The notes under the pieces: model-generated
The model's database searches: none
What the model saw: only the letters and a program-made list of their open reading frames with translations
What the model was told of the DNA's origin: nothing
Shown here: piece by piece, positions 1-8,014 of the stretch
How positions within the stretch are numbered: the stretch's first letter is position 1
How the letters are laid out: every line of letters starts with the position of its first letter
Position numbers and translations under genes: made by a program
Source of the DNA: Verrucomicrobiota bacterium
GTDB taxonomy: Bacteria; Verrucomicrobiota; Verrucomicrobiia; Limisphaerales; VHCN01
NCBI GenBank assembly: GCA_016871675.1
Contig: VHCN01000001.1
Span: forward strand, 66,268-130,267
Direction of reading: 5' to 3'
Length of the DNA: 64,000 nucleotides

Positions 1-928
1 GCATGCCAAGGGCGCGTGGATCGGTCCCAACGGCAAGTTCACGGGATTGATGAAGCAACTCGGCTCGCTCCCGAAAGAGGAGAAGCCCGCCGCAGGCAAG
101 GCCATCAACGCCGCAAAGATCGCACTGGAATCCGCGCTCGCAGCGCGCCGCGAGGCGCTCGAACTCAAGGCCGCGCTGCCGAAGGAGCCGACCGACTTCA
201 CCGCGCCGGGACGCCGCCGCACTGCCGGCAAGCTCCACCCGCTGACACAAACCACCGAGGACATCGTCCGCAGCTTCCGCAAGATCGGCTTCGTCGTCGC
301 CGACGGACCGGAACTCGAGGACGAGCATCACTGTTTCGACGCGCTCAACACGCCTGCCGACCACCCCGCGCGCGACACGCAGGACACCTTTTACGTCGGC
401 GCGGAGTCCAAGTCGAAGCTGCTGTTGCGAACTCACACAAGCTCCGTGCAAATCCGCGTGATGAAATCGCAGCCGCCGCCCGTGCGCATCATCGTGCCCG
501 GCCGCGTTTATCGCCGCGACAACGCCGACGCCACGCACAACCCGACCTTCCAGCAAGTCGAGGGCCTTTACGTGGACCGCGGCGTCACCGCCGCCGACCT
601 CAAGGGCACCGTCGAGTTTGTCTTCAAGGAACTGATGGGCCCGCAGACAAAGATTCGCTTCCGCCCGCACTACTTCAGCTACACCGAGCCGAGCTTCGAA
701 ATTGACTTCAGCAGCCCTCTCGTGAAAAAGCTCGGCAAGGACTGGCTCGAGATCGCCGGCTGCGGGATGGTCCACCCGCAAGTCTTCGAGAACGTCGGCT
801 ACGACCCCGAAGTCTGGACCGGCTGGGCCTTCGGCTTCGGCATCGAACGCATCGCCATGCTCCGCTACGGCATCACCGACATCCGCCTCTTCTACGAGAA
901 CGATGTGCGGTTCCTGCGGCAATTCTGA
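1..928 (+). CDS. pheS: Phenylalanine--tRNA ligase alpha subunit (5' end outside the window)
   Basis: The reading frame is open from the window edge (…KGAWIGPNGKFTGLMKQLGSLPKEEKP…). The class II catalytic core is recognisable (HPARDTQDTFY, RTHTSSVQIR, GWAFGFGIERIAMLRYGI.DIRLF). pheT follows 20 nt downstream. Confidence 0.95.
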   Translation, partial: HAKGAWIGPNGKFTGLMKQLGSLPKEEKPAAGKAINAAKIALESALAARREALELKAALPKEPTDFTAPGRRRTAGKLHPLTQTTEDIVRSFRKIGFVVADGPELEDEHHCFDALNTPADHPARDTQDTFYVGAESKSKLLLRTHTSSVQIRVMKSQPPPVRIIVPGRVYRRDNADATHNPTFQQVEGLYVDRGVTAADLKGTVEFVFKELMGPQTKIRFRPHYFSYTEPSFEIDFSSPLVKKLGKDWLEIAGCGMVHPQVFENVGYDPEVWTGWAFGFGIERIAMLRYGITDIRLFYENDVRFLRQF

Positions 929-948
929 AAACTACATTTCCGTGCGAC

Positions 949-3414
949 ATGAAAGTCACCCTCAACTGGCTCAAGCAATACGTTGATTTCCACTGGTCGC
1001 CCGAGGAACTCGCGGAGCGGCTCACCATGCTCGGCCTCGAAGTCGAGGGCGTGCAGCGGTTCGACGGCGAGTTTGCGGGCGTCGTCGTCGCGCAGGTGCT
1101 CGCCAAGGACAAGGTCGCCGGCTCGGACAAGCTCTCCGTCAACCGAGTCCACGATGGCACCGGCGAGCGCACCATCATCTGCGGGGCACCAAACCACCAG
1201 CCGGGTGACAAGGTCGCGCTCATCCTGCCAAACTTTGCGTTGCCCTTGAAACCGGGCGAAAAGGAGCCGTTCGTCATCAAGGAGCGCAAGGTCTTCGGCG
1301 TCGTCAGTCAGGGCATGATGTGCTCGAAGAAGGAACTCGGCCTCGGTGAAGACGGCGACGGCATCATCATCTTGCCTTCGGATGCGAAGGTCGGTCAGCC
1401 CTTCGCCGAGCACCTCGGTCGCGCGGGCAGCGATGTGGCCTATGACCTCGAAGTCACGCCAAACCGGCCTGACCTGAACAGCGTCATCGGCATCGCGCGG
1501 GAGATTGCGGCGCTGACGGGGAATGCGCTGCGGCTGCCCGAAGTGGCCAGTGGTCAGTATCCATCGTCCAGCGGGAAGGCCGCCGAACAGATCACCGTGC
1601 GGCTTGAGGACGCCGAGCTTTGCCCGCGCTACGTCGCGCGGGTGATTCGCGGCGTAAAGGTGGGCCCGAGCCCGGACTGGCTTCGCGCCACACTCGAAAA
1701 AGTCGGCATCCGCAGCATCAGCAACGTCGTGGACGTGACCAACTACGTGATGCTGGAAACCGGCCAACCGCTGCACGCGTTTGACTGCCACCTCATCGCC
1801 AAGGGCGCGGCCGGCAAGCCCACCATCGTCGTGCGGCGCGCCGCGGCGGAGGAAAAGTTCAAGACGCTCGACAACCAGGAGCGCACGCTGACCCGCGACA
1901 TGCTGCTCATCGCCGACGAGAAGAAGGGCATCGCGCTCGCCGGTATCATGGGTGGCGCGAACACGGAGATTCGCGACGACACGCGCGACGTGCTCATCGA
2001 GAGCGCCTACTTCTCGCCCACGAACATCCGGCGCACGAGCAAGGCGCTTGGCTTGCGCAGCGAGTCCAGCTACCGCTTCGAGCGCGGCTGTGACGTAGGC
2101 ATCGCCGACTATGCGAGCCAGCGCGCGTGCCAGCTCATCCTGCAAACCGCCGGCGGCCAGCCCGCCGAGGGCTGCGTGGATGCGTATCCCGCGCCGGCTT
2201 CTCCGCGTGAAATCACCCTCCGCCACTCCAAGGTCAATGAGTTGCTCGGTCTCGCGCTCAAGCCGGAGGAGATCGAATACTACCTCGGCCAGCTCGGGCT
2301 CAAGTCCGCGCCGCGCAAGGCGCGTCCGATCGACGACCCGCGTCCGCCCGGGCCGCTCACCGTCCGCGTCCCGGCGTTTCGCGTTGATCTCAAGCGCGAG
2401 GCCGACCTCGTCGAGGAAGTCGCGCGGCTCCACGGGGTGGACAAGATTCCCTCCACGCCACCACGCGGCGCGGTCGGCGCGAATGCGTTCGACGCCGTGC
2501 ACGACCAAATCGCCGAGGCGCGGCGAATCCTCTGCGCGCTCGGCCTCGACGAAGCGCAGGGGCAGACGCTCGTCGGAAATGCGGCAAGCGGAGTGCGGAG
2601 CGCGGAGTGCGTCGCCCTCACGAATCCATTGAGTTCTGACATGGACGTTCTGCGGCCGAGTCTGTTGCCGGGCTTGCTTGCAATCCTGCGGCACAATCTC
2701 TCCCGCAAGAACAACGACGTGGCGGTGTTCGAAGCAGGCCGCGTGTTCAAGCGGACGGATGGGAAACCGACGGAAGAACGCCGCGTCGCCATCGCGCTCA
2801 CGGGCGCGCGGGCCGCGGCTTTTTGGAGCGGGGCGGAGCGCGACGCGAAGTTCGACATCCACGATCTCAAAGGCATCGTGGAGGAATTCCTCGATCAGTT
2901 TGGAGTTCGTCCGGTGCTGTTCATGAAGCGCGACGAGCCGACGGACCCGTTCCTCGAATCCGCCACGCTTGCGCTCGGCGACAAGCTGCCGCTCGGCGAA
3001 CTCGGCCAGCTCTCGCCCGCGGTCGCCAGGCACCTCGACCTGCGCGACGCCGTGCTGCTCGCTGAGTTGAATCTCGACCAGTTGCTGGCGCGCCGGAACG
3101 CGGCGAAGTCATTCAAGCCGCTGCCGCTGCATCCGAGCGTCGAGCGCGACGTGGCGATGGTCGTGGCTGACGGCACGACACACGACGCCGTGCTCGCCGC
3201 GGTGCGGCAGGCGAAACCCGCCAACCTCGAGCGCGTCGAGTTGTTCGACGTGTTCCGAGGCAGGAACGTGCCCGACGGTCACAAGAGCGTGGCGTATGCC
3301 TTCACCTACCGTCACGGCGAGCGCACCCTGACTGACGCCGAGGTGAACGCCGCGCACGAGAAGGTTGTCGCGCAACTCAAGCAGTCGCTCGCGGCAACGG
3401 TGCGCGATGCGTAG
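949..3414 (+). CDS. pheT: Phenylalanine--tRNA ligase beta subunit
   Basis: 821-aa ORF with an ATG start. The N-terminus is tRNA-binding-like (MKVTLNWLKQYV). Internal B3/4 and B5-like regions are present, and the C-terminus is FDX-ACB-like (SVAYAFTYRHGERTLTDAEV). This is the canonical pheS-pheT pair. Confidence 0.95.
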   Translation: MKVTLNWLKQYVDFHWSPEELAERLTMLGLEVEGVQRFDGEFAGVVVAQVLAKDKVAGSDKLSVNRVHDGTGERTIICGAPNHQPGDKVALILPNFALPLKPGEKEPFVIKERKVFGVVSQGMMCSKKELGLGEDGDGIIILPSDAKVGQPFAEHLGRAGSDVAYDLEVTPNRPDLNSVIGIAREIAALTGNALRLPEVASGQYPSSSGKAAEQITVRLEDAELCPRYVARVIRGVKVGPSPDWLRATLEKVGIRSISNVVDVTNYVMLETGQPLHAFDCHLIAKGAAGKPTIVVRRAAAEEKFKTLDNQERTLTRDMLLIADEKKGIALAGIMGGANTEIRDDTRDVLIESAYFSPTNIRRTSKALGLRSESSYRFERGCDVGIADYASQRACQLILQTAGGQPAEGCVDAYPAPASPREITLRHSKVNELLGLALKPEEIEYYLGQLGLKSAPRKARPIDDPRPPGPLTVRVPAFRVDLKREADLVEEVARLHGVDKIPSTPPRGAVGANAFDAVHDQIAEARRILCALGLDEAQGQTLVGNAASGVRSAECVALTNPLSSDMDVLRPSLLPGLLAILRHNLSRKNNDVAVFEAGRVFKRTDGKPTEERRVAIALTGARAAAFWSGAERDAKFDIHDLKGIVEEFLDQFGVRPVLFMKRDEPTDPFLESATLALGDKLPLGELGQLSPAVARHLDLRDAVLLAELNLDQLLARRNAAKSFKPLPLHPSVERDVAMVVADGTTHDAVLAAVRQAKPANLERVELFDVFRGRNVPDGHKSVAYAFTYRHGERTLTDAEVNAAHEKVVAQLKQSLAATVRDA

Positions 3415-3420
3415 CGCCGG

Positions 3421-4455
3421 TCAGGGTTCCAGCGGGAAATCCTTCGATTGAACCCCCGGCCACGCGGTTCCGCCGCGGGCAGGCGGAAGGACGAACCGCA
3501 TTGCAAAGCGCGCCCCGAATTTCCGCACCGATTTCTCCGGTCCAAGCACAAACAGCGCGGTCGCCCACGCGTCGCTTTCCGTGCACGTTGGCGCGAGCAC
3601 GGTGCACGAGGCGACACCCTCGACCGGCAGGCCCGTGCGCGGATTGACGATGTGCGAGTAGCGGCGGCCGTCCACCTCGAAGTAATTCTCGTAGTTCCCC
3701 GAGGTGGACAGGGCGCCCGAACGGAGGCGGATGAACGAGCGCTGGCCGTTCTTCGCCGGGTCTTCGATCTGGATTTCCCAATGATCCGCGCCAGGGGGAA
3801 GACCGGTCACTCTCAAATCACCGCCGGCCTTCACCATCGCGTTCGTGACGCCGGAAGCGCGCAGGCGACCGATGGCGCAATCCACGGCAAATCCCTTGGC
3901 GATGCCGCCGAGGTCGAGCGACATGCCCGCCCGGCTGAATCGCACGGCTCGGGAGGCGGGATCGAGTCGGAGGTGCGAGTGGCCGACGAGCGGCAGTGTG
4001 CGCGCGAGTTCGTTCGTCGTCGGAAGCCGGTATTCCTTCCAGATGAATCCCCACAATTGCGTGAGCGGGCGGACGGTGATGTCAAAGGCGCCGCCGGTTT
4101 CGCCGGCGATTTGTTGCGCGGTATTGAGCACGCGGAAGAGCGCGGGAGACACGGTCACGGTGGTTTGCGCAGCCCGCGCGTTGAGTTGCGATAGTTCGCT
4201 GTCCGCACGATGAACGCTCATCAGCGCGTCCACACGCGTGAACTCATCGAACGCTGCCGTGATCGCATCGCCGACCTGCGCGCGGTCTGCGCCAAAGGCC
4301 GTGATGGTGACGAAAGTGCCGAGCAGCGGCTGGCTTCGGCGGATGGGCGTCGTGGGCAGGTGAGGAGGTGGTGAGTCACTGGCGATGGCGGGCGATTGAG
4401 CCGCGCAAGAAAGTAGCGCGAAGACTTCAAAGAGCTGGGCGATGCGGGTGGTCAC
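3421..4455 (-). CDS. apbE: FAD:protein FMN transferase (ApbE family)
   Basis: 344 aa with a lipoprotein-like N-terminus (FALLSCAAQ). It has the GGIAKGFAVD motif and ApbE-like sequence throughout. Its GTG start overlaps the stop of the upstream FMN-binding gene (GTGA), which suggests translational coupling. Confidence 0.85.
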   Translation of the reverse strand: MTTRIAQLFEVFALLSCAAQSPAIASDSPPPHLPTTPIRRSQPLLGTFVTITAFGADRAQVGDAITAAFDEFTRVDALMSVHRADSELSQLNARAAQTTVTVSPALFRVLNTAQQIAGETGGAFDITVRPLTQLWGFIWKEYRLPTTNELARTLPLVGHSHLRLDPASRAVRFSRAGMSLDLGGIAKGFAVDCAIGRLRASGVTNAMVKAGGDLRVTGLPPGADHWEIQIEDPAKNGQRSFIRLRSGALSTSGNYENYFEVDGRRYSHIVNPRTGLPVEGVASCTVLAPTCTESDAWATALFVLGPEKSVRKFGARFAMRFVLPPARGGTAWPGVQSKDFPLEP

Positions 4456-5066
4456 GGCTTCGACGGCGTTTCAGCGCGGGTGCGAGTCCCGGGCTCATTC
4501 AGCTTCGGCTTGAGCACGACCTCGAAAGTCGCCAGCACGCGGCGCACCCCTTCGGTCACGTTTCGGCACGAGATGGTCGCACCGCTGATGTTGTAGATGT
4601 CCTTGTAGAGCCGAAGCTGCGACTCGGCGGACTTGTGCTTGAACTGGCCACGCCACTTTGCGCTGCGGATCTCGCGTCCATGGCTCTCGCGATATTCGAG
4701 CAGTTCGACCTGCAGGACTTTGCCGTCGGGCGCGATGGCGACGGCGTAGTCAATCATCTCGTGCTTGCCGAGAACTTGATCGAGGAAGAGCACGCCGAGC
4801 AAATTGGTTCCGCTTCGAGCCACCAGACAGCGGTTGCCGGCGTTGCGCGGCTTCGCCCCGCACTTCTTCTCGATGGCCGCGGACTCCCCGGGGGTGAAGC
4901 GCACCGTGAGTTCTTCGAAACGGTCAGCGGCCGGGAACGCGAGCTTTCGAGCCTCGTCCACGGTCAGGTAGCGCTCGGCTTGGACACTCGCAGCGCTCAC
5001 AAGGAACATGAACGACGCGGCGAGAAGCCGAACCGTTGGAGTGGTCTTCACGTTGGGCATGATCAC
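4452..5066 (-). CDS. Secreted FMN-binding domain protein (NqrC/RnfG-type FMN_bind)
   Basis: About 200 aa with a signal peptide (LLAASFMFLVSAASVQA). The C-terminal NISGATISC matches the [S/T]GA[T/S] flavinylation motif targeted by ApbE. An alternative ATG start lies at 5060. Confidence 0.75.
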   Translation of the reverse strand: MIMPNVKTTPTVRLLAASFMFLVSAASVQAERYLTVDEARKLAFPAADRFEELTVRFTPGESAAIEKKCGAKPRNAGNRCLVARSGTNLLGVLFLDQVLGKHEMIDYAVAIAPDGKVLQVELLEYRESHGREIRSAKWRGQFKHKSAESQLRLYKDIYNISGATISCRNVTEGVRRVLATFEVVLKPKLNEPGTRTRAETPSKP

Positions 5067-5072
5067 CCGGTA

Positions 5073-6443
5073 TTAGAACGAAAGCCCCGCGCCGATCTGG
5101 AAATAATCCTGCGCGTTGGCATCGGTCTTCGATGCGGTCGAGCCATTGAGGTTGTGGCGCCAGTCGAACTTGAGCACAAAGTTTGAATTCAAGAACCACG
5201 CGACGCCCGTGGTGACGAAGTCCTTGTTCGCGCGGCCGTTGTCCTCCTCGACGCCGGGCGTGGCGAGTCCGGTCTGCGTGACGATCGAGCTGTAGCGGAC
5301 GAAGGGCACGATGTCGGCGTCTTGCAAACGGCCGTTGCGCCACGCTTCGGGCGAGAGGTGATACGCGGCTTCGAGATACCAGCCGAAGATTGCGTCGCCG
5401 ACGTTGTCGGTTGTCGAGGTGTTGTTGTTCACCACGAGATTCTGCGGGCTGCCAATGTGCCAGTAGGCGAAGTCGCCGCGGAGTTCGAGGCCGGTCTTCG
5501 GCACGCGATACACAGCCTCGACGTCGAACAGGGCGAGCGTGGCGTTGGCCGCGGGTCCCTTGACTTGTGTGACGTAAAACGACGTGCTCGCGTCGAGTCC
5601 CGGCGGGCCGTGGTAACTCAGGCGGCCGGCGTAGGCGAGGCTGTTGACGTCCGCCCGGCGCGCGCGCGGCCGCGAATCGCGGACGCCGCCACGACCCGTG
5701 ATGCCGGGCTCTGCAAAGCCCGCGGGGCGCGTCGCCGTCGCGGCCGAACTCGGTGTCGCGATCGAATCCTCAAGCCCCGCCGAGAGCGTGAGTTTGTAAT
5801 CCAGCGAGTCGGTGAGCTTGCCGAACACGCTTACCGCCGGTTCGAACCACGTGCTCGGGATGATCTCGCGATACAGTTCCGGTCGCTCGGTCGAGTAGAA
5901 TGTTGTCGGTTCGTGATGGAGGTTGATGCGACCGACGGGCACGAGGTCGATGCCGAGCGAGCGGATGTTGAAGCGTTCGTGAAGCAGCAGGTCCACGTAG
6001 AACTGCTCGATTTCGAATGCGCCGTCGAAGCGGTTGCGCCCGCCGTTCACGGTTTCGTCCACGCCGCCGTGCTCAAACTCGATCTCGGAGTGAAACGAGA
6101 GCCAGTCATTGATCCGGTAGCTCGGCGCGAGCACATATCGGTGCGCGTCGAATGCGTTCGCACCGGACTCGGGAAACCGATACTTCGACTCGCCGTAGAA
6201 GCCGATCTTAAGCCCGGTGGCAGATGGTTCCCGGTCGCCCGCGTGCCCTCCGGCTTTGTTCGTCGTGCGCGCCGACTTCAGGCGATCAACTTCTTCGCGC
6301 AACGCGGCCACTTGCTTCTGCAACTCGGCGATGATGCTGGCTGTGTCATTCGTCTGCGCCTGCGAACACTGACCGCCGAGGCCATCAAGCATCAGGGCCG
6401 TGCCGAGGGGGCCGAGGAATCGCGAAACAAGGTTCGTGTTCAT
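5073..6443 (-). CDS. Outer-membrane porin-like beta-barrel with N-terminal coiled coil
   Basis: 456 aa. A signal-like N-terminus is followed by a heptad-like segment (IIAELQKQVAALREEVDRLK). Long stretches of alternating hydrophobic/polar residues follow, rich in aromatics and Gly. The protein ends in Phe (…GAGLSF), as many OMPs do. It is the first gene of the ApbE operon. Confidence 0.55.
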   Translation of the reverse strand: MNTNLVSRFLGPLGTALMLDGLGGQCSQAQTNDTASIIAELQKQVAALREEVDRLKSARTTNKAGGHAGDREPSATGLKIGFYGESKYRFPESGANAFDAHRYVLAPSYRINDWLSFHSEIEFEHGGVDETVNGGRNRFDGAFEIEQFYVDLLLHERFNIRSLGIDLVPVGRINLHHEPTTFYSTERPELYREIIPSTWFEPAVSVFGKLTDSLDYKLTLSAGLEDSIATPSSAATATRPAGFAEPGITGRGGVRDSRPRARRADVNSLAYAGRLSYHGPPGLDASTSFYVTQVKGPAANATLALFDVEAVYRVPKTGLELRGDFAYWHIGSPQNLVVNNNTSTTDNVGDAIFGWYLEAAYHLSPEAWRNGRLQDADIVPFVRYSSIVTQTGLATPGVEEDNGRANKDFVTTGVAWFLNSNFVLKFDWRHNLNGSTASKTDANAQDYFQIGAGLSF

Positions 6444-6457
6444 TGTTCGGAAGAATT

Positions 6458-6476
6458 GTTGTTGAGAATCAATCTC
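6458..6476. promoter_or_regulatory. Weak Fur-box-like site upstream of the porin/FMN-bind/ApbE operon
   Basis: gttgttgagaatcaatctc matches GATAATGATAATCATTATC at 13 of 19 positions by manual alignment. It lies in an unusually AT-rich 110-nt spacer, 15 nt upstream of the porin ATG. Confidence 0.2.
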
Positions 6477-6553
6477 AGGCGCGCGTTGAATTAGATGAGA
6501 CTGAGTCTCAGTGCAAGGATAATTTGCAAAACCACTTGCCCGGCGGAATCGGT

Positions 6554-7483
6554 TCAGATTTCGAAGTCCGAACGGCGTGGGGCGGCGGCGCCCTTGGCGC
6601 GCCCCTTTTTGTTGAGGACGCGGACTTTCACTTCTTCGCTCAACACGAGCGAGTGCGGTGGAACGGACGACGTGAGGAACACGTTCGCGGCGATCGTGCT
6701 GCCCTCGCCGACGATGGTGTCACCACCCATGATCGTCGCCCCCGCGTAAATCGTGACATGGTCCTCCAGAGTCGGATGGCGCTTCTGCCCTCGCAGCGCC
6801 TGCCCGCCTGAGAGAGAGCGCGCCACAAGACCGACACCTTGATACATCTTCACATGGTTTCCGATCACGCTGGTTTCGCCCACGACGGTTCCAGTGCAGT
6901 GATCCACAAAGAAGTGAGTTCCGATGCGCGCGCCGGGGTGAAGGTCCATGCCCGTGCGCCCGTGAGCCCACTCGGTCATGATGCGCGGGATGAGCGGGAC
7001 ATGGCTGAGGAACAGTTGGTGGGCGAGCCTTTGCACGGCAATCGCCTCCACGAACGGATACGCCACGATCACCTCGTCCTTGCTCAGGGCCGCGGGGTCA
7101 CCGTTGTATGCGGCTTCTGCGTCTGTCTGAAGGAGTTCACGCAAGGCCGGCAACTTGGCCAGGAACTCCACCGTCAGGCCGCGCGCCTCGGGCCGGAAGT
7201 CTCTTTTCTTCGACCCGGCGGGCGCGGCGTATTCGAGACTCTTGTAAATCTCGTCCTCGAGCCTGCCCAGCACGGAGTCCATCAACGCGGCCGTCTCGAC
7301 TTTCAGCTCGTAACTGTGGAGCGGCTTCTCATCGAAGAATCCCGGGAAAAGCAACCGCACCAAATCCACCGTGATGCCGGTGATGGCCGTCTTGCTCGGC
7401 AAGTTTTTGCCGTCGAGATGGTTGATGCCCCCGATGCGCGCGTAAGACGCGAGCAACTGGTTCGTGAGTTGCGTGACGTTCAC
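6554..7483 (-). CDS. cysE: Serine O-acetyltransferase-like hexapeptide acyltransferase (long form)
   Basis: The C-terminal left-handed beta-helix repeats are clear (GARIGTHFFVDHCTGTVVGETSVIGNHVKMYQGVGL…IYAGATIMGGDTIVGEGSTIAANVFL). The N-terminal helical domain is SAT-like. There is no ATG near the 5' end. I chose GTG at 7483 (VNVTQLTNQLL…), but the ORF stays open to a GTG at 7627. Confidence 0.7.
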   Translation of the reverse strand: MNVTQLTNQLLASYARIGGINHLDGKNLPSKTAITGITVDLVRLLFPGFFDEKPLHSYELKVETAALMDSVLGRLEDEIYKSLEYAAPAGSKKRDFRPEARGLTVEFLAKLPALRELLQTDAEAAYNGDPAALSKDEVIVAYPFVEAIAVQRLAHQLFLSHVPLIPRIMTEWAHGRTGMDLHPGARIGTHFFVDHCTGTVVGETSVIGNHVKMYQGVGLVARSLSGGQALRGQKRHPTLEDHVTIYAGATIMGGDTIVGEGSTIAANVFLTSSVPPHSLVLSEEVKVRVLNKKGRAKGAAAPRRSDFEI

Positions 7484-7639
7484 GGGCGCAGTATCAGGCA
7501 CGGGTGGGTTCAACGCAAGGCACGCCGAGTCGAGTCGGAACAGCCGCGGGTTCGGCCGTCGCACCGCCTGTTTGATTTTGCCGGCACCGACATTCCGCTT
7601 GGCTTCGGTGCTCGCCTCGATTACCACGGACCCAGTTCA

Positions 7640-7830
7640 TTGAATCACGGGCCTCGTGCCCGTTCCCACAGCCGGATGACAGGGAACCCCGTGAGAATCG
7701 GGGACGGTTTCGCCACTGTGAGGGGCTACAGATTCCCAAAGCCACCGCGTCAGCGCGGGAAGGCGGGAGCGAGGTCAAGCCCCGGAGTCAGGATACCGGT
7801 CCGGTCGTGCTCGTCCGTCCCGCTCGCGCG
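7640..7830 (+). promoter_or_regulatory. Cobalamin (B12) riboswitch
   Basis: AGGGAACCCCGTGAGAATCGGGGACGGTTTCGCCACTGTGAGGGG is the conserved core, including GCCACTG. A B12-box-like AAGCCCCGGAGTCAGGATACCGGTCCGG follows. The element sits directly upstream of a TonB-dependent receptor gene. Boundaries are approximate. Confidence 0.8.
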
Positions 7831-8014
7831 GGACACTTCTCCGACAAGAGAAGGATGAGGCCAGCCGGTCCGCGAGTGCGGTCCGGATTCGCAGAGTGAT
7901 TTGCGCACGCCTTCATTCGCCTTTGCCGGGGTCTGGAGGCGTCTTCGTTTTCAGCCCCGCCTGGTCTCGCAACAACCCCCCGTCCGCTTCGCGCGGACTT
8001 TCAGGAGACCAGTC

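Noticed and set aside
892-3033. 713-aa ORF on the minus strand
   Set aside because: It is entirely antisense to the well-supported pheT gene. Its composition is dominated by R, A, E and G and shows no motifs. It shares third-codon positions with pheT, the usual cause of long shadow ORFs in high-GC DNA.
7901-8014. TTG 7901 as the start of the TonB-dependent receptor
   Set aside because: It would add an Arg/Phe-rich, non-signal-like N-terminus directly abutting the riboswitch. ATG 8015 has an upstream aggag and yields a proper signal peptide.
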